DNA of 64,000 bases from an uncultured Chloroflexia bacterium (lineage in GTDB: Bacteria > Chloroflexota > Limnocylindria > QHBO01), in contig CAWGTN010000002.1 in assembly GCA_963825525.1 (NCBI GenBank), positions 1,568,001 to 1,632,000 of the forward strand, written 5' to 3'. A model generated the notes under the pieces. That model saw only the letters and a program-made list of their open reading frames with translations, was not told the DNA's origin and ran no database searches. The position numbers and the translations under genes are program-made. Of this stretch, positions 9,157-17,197 are shown one piece after another. Each line of letters starts with the position of its first letter. Position 1 is the stretch's first letter.

Positions 9157-10539
9157 ATGTTCCCGAACCTCCCCTTGCCCGTGGTCGACGTCCTGCGCCG
9201 GCTCTCCGGGGCGGGGCACTCCGCAGCCATCGTGGGTGGGGCGGTGCGCGATCGGCTGCTCGGCGTCGCGTCCGACGACGGCGATTGGGACGTTGCGACC
9301 TCGGCGGTCCCCGAGGCGGTTGTCGCGCTGCTGGCGGGAGCCACCTGGGACAACCGGTTCGGCACCGTCACCCTCGTCGGCCGGCCGTCGGTCGAGATCA
9401 CGTCGTTCCGGACCGAGGCCGGCTACCGCGACGCGCGACGCCCCGACGAGGTCCGCTTCGGCGCCAGCCTCGAGGAGGACCTGGCTCGCCGCGACCTGAC
9501 CGTCAACGCCATCGCCTGGGTTCCCGACGACCTGGAGTCCGGTGACGGCCACCTGGTCGACCCCTTCGGCGGGCAGTCAGACCTCGACGCGAGGCTCCTG
9601 CGGGCGGTGGGCGATCCCGAGGCCCGGTTCGCGGAGGACGCCCTCCGGCTCATCCGCACTGCCCGACTGGCCGGCCAGCTCGGCTTCGCCATCGAGGAGC
9701 GGACTGCCGCTGCCATCCGCCGGCTGGCTCCCACCGCGACGACCGTCTCGGGTGAGCGGGTCCGCGACGAGCTCCAGCGCATGCTGGACGAAACCGAGCC
9801 GTCGATCGCGCTGCGCCAGCTCGAGCGCCTGGGCCTGCTGGCGGTGATCCTGCCCGAGCTGGCTGCCCTGCGCGGCATCCCGCAGAACAAGGCGCTGCCG
9901 GGCGATGCGCTCGACCATTCGCTGCGCGCGGTCGACGCCGCGCCGCCGGGAGATCGCGCGCTGCGGTGGGCGGCCCTGCTCCACGATATCGGCAAAGCGG
10001 TGACCCTGGCGGACGGGCACTTCATCGATCACGACCGGGTCGGCGCCGAGCTGGCGGCGGCCGTCCTCGATCGGTTGCGACTGCCGCGCGCGGTGGCATC
10101 GACCGTGGTGCGCGCCATTCGGCACCACATGTACGCCTACGAGCCGGAGTGGTCGGATGCGGCCGTCCGACGCTTCATCCGGCGGGTCGGCGACGCGGAC
10201 CTGCCGCTCCTCTTCGACCTGCGTCGCGCCGATGACCTCGCCTCCGCGGCCGTAGGGCCGGGTTCGAAGCTCCAGGTCGAGCTCATGCGCCGCGTGGCGG
10301 CCGAGCTGGAGCGCGCGCCTGACCTGCTGCGGCATCGGCGGCTCGCAATCGACGGCGACGATGTGCAACGGGTGCTGGAGACCGGCCCCGGACCGACGAT
10401 CGGCGCCGTCATGGATCGGCTCGTCGAGGCTGTGATGGAGGATCCCACGCTCAACACGCGGGAGGCGTTGATCGACCTGGCGCGCCGTGTCGGGGCGGGA
10501 GCGGTGCCGGAGGGCACCGGACCGGAGGGGACGGGCTGA
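9157..10539 (+). CDS. cca: CCA tRNA nucleotidyltransferase with HD domain
   Basis: VGGAVRD, DWD, EDLARRDLTVNA, EDALRLIR, LLHDIGK. Confidence 0.88.
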   Translation: MFPNLPLPVVDVLRRLSGAGHSAAIVGGAVRDRLLGVASDDGDWDVATSAVPEAVVALLAGATWDNRFGTVTLVGRPSVEITSFRTEAGYRDARRPDEVRFGASLEEDLARRDLTVNAIAWVPDDLESGDGHLVDPFGGQSDLDARLLRAVGDPEARFAEDALRLIRTARLAGQLGFAIEERTAAAIRRLAPTATTVSGERVRDELQRMLDETEPSIALRQLERLGLLAVILPELAALRGIPQNKALPGDALDHSLRAVDAAPPGDRALRWAALLHDIGKAVTLADGHFIDHDRVGAELAAAVLDRLRLPRAVASTVVRAIRHHMYAYEPEWSDAAVRRFIRRVGDADLPLLFDLRRADDLASAAVGPGSKLQVELMRRVAAELERAPDLLRHRRLAIDGDDVQRVLETGPGPTIGAVMDRLVEAVMEDPTLNTREALIDLARRVGAGAVPEGTGPEGTG

Positions 10540-10636
10540 CACCTGAATGGACGCTGCTACAATCCGGCGTCCGGGCCCAATGTCCGGATCGTGCCTCATC
10601 CAACGCTGCTCACCCGAGCGGAGGGACCGTGCATCG

Positions 10637-11332
10637 ATGAACGCCACCGTGCGTCGTGCTGTCCGGCTCGAGCACCGGCTCACGCAACCGAATGCGTCGC
10701 TCGCGGATCTCGATGCCGCGGTGACGCTGGCCGTCGAGCATGACCTGGCAGCGTTGACCGTCAGCCCATGGCTGATCAAGGTGGCGAAGCGCCGGCTCGG
10801 TCGCTCTCGCGTGACGCTCGGCACCGTCGTCGGCTACCCGCACGGGGGCCAGATCCTGAGCGTGAAGGCCTTCGAGGCCTCGAAGGCCCTGGAGCAGGGC
10901 GCCACGCAGATCGACTTCGTCATGAATGGTGGCGCCCTCGCCTCCGGCGACGACGAGATGGTCTTCAACGACATGCTGGCCGTCATCGACATGGCGCACT
11001 CGGCCCTCGCCTCGGTGGGCGTCATCATCGAGGCTCAGCCCATGAGCGAGGAGCATCTGCGACGCGCGTGCCGGCTTGCGGAACGCGCCGGTGCGGACCA
11101 TGTCGTCACCAGCCCGGGCAGCGCGACGGCGCGCGGCACCGTGGCCAGGACGCGACTCCTTCGCGACAGCGTCGGCCCTCGCATCGGCGTCAAGGCCAGC
11201 GGCCGATTCCGCAACGTTGACCAGGTGCACGCGGCCGCCGCGGCGGGCGCGACTCGGGTCTCGGCGAACCTGACCGCGGCCCTGGCGCGGGTCCTCGCGG
11301 ATGCCGGCCGGCCGCTGGGCGCCGCCTCATGA
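10637..11332 (+). CDS. DeoC (deoxyribose-phosphate aldolase)-like protein, probably non-catalytic
   Basis: TVVGYPHG, GATQIDFV and GVKASG are present, but the canonical FVKTSTG reads HVVTSPG (Schiff-base Lys absent). Confidence 0.8.
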   Translation: MNATVRRAVRLEHRLTQPNASLADLDAAVTLAVEHDLAALTVSPWLIKVAKRRLGRSRVTLGTVVGYPHGGQILSVKAFEASKALEQGATQIDFVMNGGALASGDDEMVFNDMLAVIDMAHSALASVGVIIEAQPMSEEHLRRACRLAERAGADHVVTSPGSATARGTVARTRLLRDSVGPRIGVKASGRFRNVDQVHAAAAAGATRVSANLTAALARVLADAGRPLGAAS

Positions 11333-11351
11333 GAGACCGGAGGAGCGTGGA

Positions 11352-12398
11352 GTGAAGCTGCTGGTGGTCGGAGGTGCCGGATATGTGGGCTCGACCAGCG
11401 TCGAACGCTTCCTCGAGGCCGGCCATGACGTGGTCGTGTACGACAACCTGTCCAGCGGCCATCGGTCGGCGGTGCCCGACGGCGCACGGCTGGAGGTGGG
11501 GGACATCATCGACGACCGGCGTCTCGAGGCCCTGCTGCGCGACGGGGTCGATGCCGTGCTCCACTGCGCGGCACGGTCACTGGTCGGCGAGTCGATGGTC
11601 GATCCCGGCATCTACTACCGCACCAACGTCGGCGGCGGGGTGGCGCTCCTCGACGCCATGAACCGCGCCGGCGTCACGCGCCTGGTGTTCAGCTCCACCG
11701 CGGCGGTGTACGGCGAACCAAGGCGGGTGCCGATCGCCGAGGCGGATCGGACCCAGCCCATCAATCCGTACGGCGAGACCAAGGTCGCGTTCGAGGGCGC
11801 CATGCGCTGGTTCTGCGCCGCCCACGATTTCCGCGCCATCAGCCTGCGCTACTTCAACGTCGCCGGCGCCACCGAGCGCAACGGCGAGGACCATGAGCCC
11901 GAGACGCATCTCATGCCGCTCGTCCTCCGGGTGGCGGCCGGGGAGGCGACTCACGTCCAGATCCACGGCCAGGACTACCCGACGCCGGATGGCACCTGCA
12001 TCCGCGACTTCCTCCACGTGCGCGACATCGCAAACGCGCACCTCCTGGCACTCGAGGCGACGGGCGAGGGCGAGCCATCCTTCGAGGTCTACAACCTCGG
12101 TTCGGCCGCCGGCTTCAGTGTGCGAGAGGTGGTCGAGGCGGCCCGGCGCGTCACCGGACGAGCCATCCCGGCGCGGCCCGTGAAGCGGCGCACCGGCGAT
12201 CCGCCCGTGCTCGTGGCATCGTCGCGACGGGCGCGTCGTGAGCTCGGTTGGCAGCCGTCGCACTCGACCCTGGAACAGATGCTGGCCGATGCCTGGGCAT
12301 GGCGCGAGGCGAATCCCGGTGGGTACGGAGGGGAACCGGCAACGCGTGCATCCGAGGACGGAGCCGAGCCCGAGCGCGTGGTCGCGTCGGCCGGATGA
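11352..12398 (+). CDS. galE: UDP-glucose 4-epimerase
   Basis: GGAGYVGS, FSSTAAVYG, YGETK, LRYFNVAGA, DGTCIRD. GTG start after GGAG. Confidence 0.93.
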   Translation: MKLLVVGGAGYVGSTSVERFLEAGHDVVVYDNLSSGHRSAVPDGARLEVGDIIDDRRLEALLRDGVDAVLHCAARSLVGESMVDPGIYYRTNVGGGVALLDAMNRAGVTRLVFSSTAAVYGEPRRVPIAEADRTQPINPYGETKVAFEGAMRWFCAAHDFRAISLRYFNVAGATERNGEDHEPETHLMPLVLRVAAGEATHVQIHGQDYPTPDGTCIRDFLHVRDIANAHLLALEATGEGEPSFEVYNLGSAAGFSVREVVEAARRVTGRAIPARPVKRRTGDPPVLVASSRRARRELGWQPSHSTLEQMLADAWAWREANPGGYGGEPATRASEDGAEPERVVASAG

Positions 12399-12418
12399 GG
12401 CACCGGCTCGGCTGACGC

Positions 12419-12841
12419 CTAGGCCGTGGCGCAGCTGGCGCAGGTCCCGTAGAAGTCCATCCGCGCATCGTCGATCGTGAAGCCCAGGTCCGCCGCGACG
12501 CGTGCCGCCACGGGAGCGACGTACCCCTCGTCGATCTCCTCCACGCGGCCGCATCGGTCGCATGAGAGGTGGTGATGATGCTGTGGCCGGCAGGCGACAT
12601 AGGCGGACACGTGGCCGTCCAGCTCCAGCCGCCTGGCGACGCCGGCTGCCACCAGGGCCTCAACCGTCCGGAACACGGTCGCGCGGCCGATGCTGGGGCT
12701 GTCACGCCGAACGCGCTCGAAGAGCTCCTGCGCCGAGACCTGGCGTCCGAAGGCGGCGAGCGCATCGGATACGTCGAGCCGCTGTGGTGTGACACGCTCA
12801 CCGGCGGCGCGAAGCCGATCCGCGGTCGTTCGGGCGCTCAG
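12419..12841 (-). CDS. Fur/Zur family transcriptional regulator
   Basis: Extended by hand: (L/M)SARTTADRLRAAGERVTPQR...SIGRATVFRT...HHHHLSCDRCG...GTCASC. The only nearby start-like codon is a CTG overlapping the upstream stop (CTGA). Confidence 0.88.
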   Translation of the reverse strand: MSARTTADRLRAAGERVTPQRLDVSDALAAFGRQVSAQELFERVRRDSPSIGRATVFRTVEALVAAGVARRLELDGHVSAYVACRPQHHHHLSCDRCGRVEEIDEGYVAPVAARVAADLGFTIDDARMDFYGTCASCATA

Positions 12842-13590
12842 TGTGCGCCGACCACGCCGGCGAAGACGCTGAAGGCGTAGATGGCCGCGACGCCCGTGAA
12901 CGTCGCCACCACGACCCAGCGCGAACGGTCGGTGCGATGCGCCTCGGGCAGGAGCTCGGCAGCGCCGATATAGAGGAAGAAGCCGGCGAACACCGCCAGC
13001 ATCCCTCCGAGCACCTCATCGGGAATCGGAAGCAGCAGTCCGACGATGACGCCGACCACGGGAGCCACCGCCACCAGCGAGACCCAGCGGTAGATCTCAC
13101 TCCTCGGGGTGCGACTGGCCAGCAGCAGGCTCACGATCCCGATGCCATCGCTGAATCGGTGCATGATCACCACCGCGGCGATCACGAGGCCGAGCCCACC
13201 GCCGATCGCCAGCCCGGCGGCAAGGGCCACGCCGTCGAGGAAGCTATGGAAGCTCATGCCCAGGCTGCCGATGAACCCGATGTGCCGATGCGTCTCATCG
13301 CCGTGGTCGAGCTCGGTGGCCGTCTCGTGGCCCACGTGGAGCGCGGTGAGCTTCTCGATGGCATAGAAGGCCAGGAAGCCGACAGCCGTGAACAGCATCG
13401 CGAGATCGAGCGAGCCACCCAGGTGCTCCACCGACTCGGGGATGAGGTCGAAGTAGGCGGCGCCGATGCGGATCCCCGCGCCCACGGCGATGATCAGCCC
13501 GACGTGATGGATGGCGCGCAGGGCGACGATGCCGCCGAGCAACGCCGAGATGAATGCGCTCGCCGAAACGAGCAGAGCGGTCAGTGCCAT
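12838..13590 (-). CDS. ZIP (ZupT/GufA) family metal transporter
   Basis: DLIPES, His-rich loop HVGHE...HRH, HSFLDG, HRFSDG, ELLPEAH; multiple TM helices. Confidence 0.9.
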   Translation of the reverse strand: MALTALLVSASAFISALLGGIVALRAIHHVGLIIAVGAGIRIGAAYFDLIPESVEHLGGSLDLAMLFTAVGFLAFYAIEKLTALHVGHETATELDHGDETHRHIGFIGSLGMSFHSFLDGVALAAGLAIGGGLGLVIAAVVIMHRFSDGIGIVSLLLASRTPRSEIYRWVSLVAVAPVVGVIVGLLLPIPDEVLGGMLAVFAGFFLYIGAAELLPEAHRTDRSRWVVVATFTGVAAIYAFSVFAGVVGAH

Positions 13591-13591
13591 A

Positions 13592-13629
13592 CGATACTGA
13601 GTATCAGATAGGCCGCCTGACGATGTCAA
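13592..13629 (-). promoter_or_regulatory. Sigma70 promoter with overlapping Fur-type 7-1-7 operator for the ZIP-fur operon
   Basis: Minus strand reads TTGACA (13629-13624), 18 nt, GATACT. The palindrome TGATACT-C-AGTATCG (13606-13592) resembles the Fur box TGATAATnATTATCA and ends 1 nt before the ATG. Confidence 0.75.
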
Positions 13630-13856
13630 GCGCGCCGTGCCTCGATCTGGCCGATCCCGTGGTACGATCCCGCTCGCGGCGTGACCGCCGGCTCGAATCG
13701 CGGGCCGCCCCGTGCGCCGCGCGCCGGAGCGCGCCAGCCCGCCCGGCATCCCGTCGCTGACCAGTCATCTCGCGGAGCTCCGCTTGCCCGATACCGACCC
13801 TCCCCGCGCGCGGACACGCCGCCGCCCGACTCGCCACCTCCGACGCCTCAGACTCG

Positions 13857-15056
13857 GTGGCCATCGAGGTCGCAGGCGACTCCTCGGACGCCTCAGATTT
13901 CGAGCAGGCGATCATGGCCGCCTCGCGCTCGTACCGGTTCGGCGAGATCGAGGTTCCGGCGACCATCGCCCGCGCCATCGAGAAGATGGGGTTCGTCTCG
14001 CCGACCGAGGTGCAGGCACGTTCGATTCCGCCGCTTCGGCGCGGCGAGGATCTCATCGGCCAGGCCCAGACCGGAACCGGCAAGACCGCGGCCTTCGGCA
14101 TCCCGATCGTCGAGAAGATCGACCCTTCGAGCGGCCACGTCCAGGCACTGGTCCTGACGCCGACCCGCGAGCTGTGCGTCCAGGTCACCGAGGAGATCGC
14201 GCGCATCGGCGGCTTCAGGAACATTCGAACCGTGGCGATCTACGGCGGCTCGTCGATGGACCGCCAGATCGAGGGCCTGAAGCGCGGCGCCCAGGTCGTG
14301 GTGGGGACGCCGGGACGGGTGCTGGATCTGATCCGGCGTGGAGAGCTGCGACTCGACCGGGTCCACACCGTGATCCTCGACGAGGCCGATCGGATGCTCG
14401 ACATGGGATTCATCGTCGACGTCGAGACGATCCTGGCCCGAAGCCCTCGACAGCGGCAGACCGCGTTGTTCAGCGCCACCATGCCGTACGCCATCCTTCG
14501 CATCTGCGACCGCTTCATGAAGAAGGATCCGGCGCACGTCACGGTTCGACCCGACCTCCGGACAGTCGAGACCGTGCGCCAGGTCGTGTACTTCGTGGCG
14601 GAGCAGGACAAGGTTTCGGCACTGCTGGAGCTGACCGATCAGTTCGGGTTCGATCGGCTGCTCGTCTTCCGGCACACCCAGATCGGCGTCGATCGCCTGG
14701 CCGCCACGCTCCAGCGACGCGGGAAGAACGTCGCCGGGCTGCACGGCGGCCTCTCGCAGCGAGAGCGAGACCGCACCCTGGCCGCCTTCCGCGACGGGAA
14801 GATCCAGTTCCTGATCGCCACCAACGTCGCGAGTCGCGGGCTCGACATCACGGATCTGCCGTACGTCGTCTCGTACGACATCCCCGAGGACGCCGACACC
14901 TACGTCCACCGCATCGGCCGCACCGGTCGGGCGGGGAAGGAGGGGACCGCCATCACCTTCGTGGGCGAGTGGGACCTCGATGCGTGGGAGGCCATACGCT
15001 CGGAGGTCGGGGCAGCGGTCGAAGAAGGCAAGCTCGACCTGTACGACCGGGGCTGA
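13857..15056 (+). CDS. DEAD-box RNA helicase
   Basis: Q motif PTEVQ, AQTGTGKT, PTREL, DEADRM, SAT, HRIGRTGRAG. Start uncertain. Confidence 0.95.
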   Translation: MAIEVAGDSSDASDFEQAIMAASRSYRFGEIEVPATIARAIEKMGFVSPTEVQARSIPPLRRGEDLIGQAQTGTGKTAAFGIPIVEKIDPSSGHVQALVLTPTRELCVQVTEEIARIGGFRNIRTVAIYGGSSMDRQIEGLKRGAQVVVGTPGRVLDLIRRGELRLDRVHTVILDEADRMLDMGFIVDVETILARSPRQRQTALFSATMPYAILRICDRFMKKDPAHVTVRPDLRTVETVRQVVYFVAEQDKVSALLELTDQFGFDRLLVFRHTQIGVDRLAATLQRRGKNVAGLHGGLSQRERDRTLAAFRDGKIQFLIATNVASRGLDITDLPYVVSYDIPEDADTYVHRIGRTGRAGKEGTAITFVGEWDLDAWEAIRSEVGAAVEEGKLDLYDRG

Positions 15057-15062
15057 CCCGGG

Positions 15063-15083
15063 GATCCCATGAACCATGGGATC
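15063..15083. other. Perfect 9-3-9 inverted repeat (terminator or operator)
   Basis: GATCCCATG-AAC-CATGGGATC between the helicase stop and the -10 (TACGCT 15094) of the next gene. No U-tract. Confidence 0.5.
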
Positions 15084-15103
15084 GGACAGGGGCTACGCTA
15101 GGC

Positions 15104-15793
15104 ATGATGAATGAGCCGATCCTGCCGCAGCTGCCGGTCGAGGCGAACGCCGAGGTGCTGAGCGTCGAGTGGCTGTTCGAGCCGTTGTGGCCGGGAACGC
15201 GCCTGCTCGCTCACGCATCGAACGGGACGGTGAGCCTGACCGATGAGCACGGCGAGGTGGCAGGCACGGATGACGGGCTGGCCGATGCCCCGGCCGTGCT
15301 CGGCAGCGCGATCCTGGCCGACGGCGCCGTCGTCGACGGCGTGTGGACGGCGCAGCCGTTCGTCGGTGATGGGAGCCCGGCCCGCGCATGGGCCGAGACG
15401 CTCGAGGCGGAAGGCCTCGCCAGCGAGATCCCCGACCCGCTCGAGACGGAGCGGCGCCGAGCGTTCGTGGCCGTCGACCTCGTCGAGCTTGACGGCGAGG
15501 CGCTCCACGAGATCCCGTTCCAGGAGCGCCGCCGGCTGCTCGAGTCCGTGATCGACGAGGGCGTGCGCGTGCGGCTGAGCCCGGTGGTCAAGCAGCCTCT
15601 CGCCGGCTGGATGGTGGGATGGCGGGCCAACGGATTCACCCACTACCTCGCCAAGCACATGAACTCGCGCTATCACCCCGGCGAGCGGACCGAGGACTGG
15701 CTCAAGCTCTCGCTTCGAGCCGAGGCGCCGCGCAGCTTCATGGGCAGGATGATGGGAGGGCGCGGCGACCGGGTCCGCCGCGTTCGAGACTAG
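15104..15793 (+). CDS. Degenerate ATP-dependent DNA ligase adenylation domain (pseudo-ligase 1)
   Basis: WLFEPLWPGTR (motif I without Lys), VVDGV, VDLVELDG..L...P..ERRRLLE, AKHMNSRYHPGERTEDWLKL. No OB domain. Leaderless start. Confidence 0.8.
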   Translation: MMNEPILPQLPVEANAEVLSVEWLFEPLWPGTRLLAHASNGTVSLTDEHGEVAGTDDGLADAPAVLGSAILADGAVVDGVWTAQPFVGDGSPARAWAETLEAEGLASEIPDPLETERRRAFVAVDLVELDGEALHEIPFQERRRLLESVIDEGVRVRLSPVVKQPLAGWMVGWRANGFTHYLAKHMNSRYHPGERTEDWLKLSLRAEAPRSFMGRMMGGRGDRVRRVRD

Positions 15794-15880
15794 GGCACCG
15801 GTCCGGTCCAGGGGCGCCTGCGTGCTACCATCGGGTCCCCCGAGCGATCGCCGCGCGACGCACACCGAGGAGGCGCCGTC

Positions 15881-17197
15881 CTGACATCCAACTCCGCCGC
15901 CGTGCCCGCATCAGCACTCGAGGCCGAGGGTCTCGCGGAGGTTCGCCGCATCGGCTCGGCCGACCTCATGGTCGGAATTCCGTCCTTCGGCAACGCCGAG
16001 ACCATCGGCTACGTGGTGCGAGCCACCACCGCCGGCATGGTCCAGTACTTCCCCGAGATGAAGCCCGTGCTCGTCAACAGCGACGGCGGATCGCCCGACG
16101 ATACGCCCCGGGTCGCGGTGAGCACCGAGAGCCCGGACTACCTCGAGAAGGTGATCCTGGTCAGCCCCAAGCACAAGCTCCAGCGCATCAGCTTCACGTA
16201 CCAGGGCACCAGCGGGAAGGGGACCGCGGTCCGGGCGCTGTTCGAGGTCGCGCGGGAGCTCAAGGTCAAGGCCATGGTCATGGTCGACTCGGATCTGCGC
16301 TCGATCGTGCCCGAATGGGTCGAGCTGCTGGCCGGCCCGATCCTGAAGGGCGGCTACGACTTCGTGGCGCCGATGTACTCGCGCTACAAGTACGACGGCA
16401 CCATCACCAACAACATCAGCTATCCGCTCACCCGAACCCTGTACGGGACGCGCATCCGGCAGCCGATCGGCGGCGACTTCGGGGTCTCGGGCGACCTCGT
16501 GAGCCGCTACCTCGAGCTCGACACCTTCGACGAGCTCACCGCGCGCTTCGGAATCGACATCTGGATGACGCATTCGGCGATCAACGAGGGATTCGCCGTC
16601 TGCCAGGCGCGGCTGGGCGCCAAGATCCACGATGCCAAGGACCCTGCCAGCGACCTTGGGCCGATGTTCCGCCAGGTGGTCGGCACGCTCTTCCGCCTGG
16701 CGGGGCATTACGAGGACCGATGGCTCCGCGTGCGCGGATCCCATCCGATCCCCGAGTACGGGTTCGAGCGCGTGGTTGCTCCCGAGGAGATCAGCGTGAA
16801 CCACGCCAAGCTCATCGACAACTTCGACCAGGCACGGCTCACGCAGAGAGACGTCTGGGCCGAGATGCTCAGCGAGGAGCAGCTCGAGCGGGTCATGGCG
16901 CTGGAGCTTCCGCCCGACACCTCGGACTTCCACTTCCCCCCCGAGCTCTGGATCCGCTGCCTGTTCGACGCGCTGGTTGCCTTCCACCGACCCGGGATTG
17001 ACCGCGAGAAGCTGCTCGCGGCGTTGACGCCGCTCTACTTCGGCCGGACGGCGGGATTCATCAGCAGCACGCTCGACATGACGACCGACCAGGCGGAACG
17101 CGTCATCGACGACCAGGCCCGCCAGTTCGAAGAGCTCAAGCCGTACCTGGTGACGCGCTGGCGGGAGATGCGGTCGGCGTCGAGCACGGCGAGCTGA
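15881..17197 (+). CDS. GT2-like glucosylglycerate/mannosylglycerate synthase (Ggs-like)
   Basis: VGIPSFGNAETI, NSDGGSPDDT, GKGTAV, VDSDLRS, YSRYKYDGTITN, RQPIGGDF, FGIDIWMT, KIHDAKDP. GAGGAGG lies 7 nt before CTG 15881; alternative start GTG 15902. Confidence 0.82.
   Translation: MTSNSAAVPASALEAEGLAEVRRIGSADLMVGIPSFGNAETIGYVVRATTAGMVQYFPEMKPVLVNSDGGSPDDTPRVAVSTESPDYLEKVILVSPKHKLQRISFTYQGTSGKGTAVRALFEVARELKVKAMVMVDSDLRSIVPEWVELLAGPILKGGYDFVAPMYSRYKYDGTITNNISYPLTRTLYGTRIRQPIGGDFGVSGDLVSRYLELDTFDELTARFGIDIWMTHSAINEGFAVCQARLGAKIHDAKDPASDLGPMFRQVVGTLFRLAGHYEDRWLRVRGSHPIPEYGFERVVAPEEISVNHAKLIDNFDQARLTQRDVWAEMLSEEQLERVMALELPPDTSDFHFPPELWIRCLFDALVAFHRPGIDREKLLAALTPLYFGRTAGFISSTLDMTTDQAERVIDDQARQFEELKPYLVTRWREMRSASSTAS

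Noticed and set aside
13712-15793. 693-aa track ORF spanning the helicase and the ligase-like gene
   Set aside because: The N-terminal two-thirds is an Arg/Pro-rich off-frame read of the DEAD-box gene. Only 15104-15793 looks like protein and has its own promoter, so it is not a real fusion.
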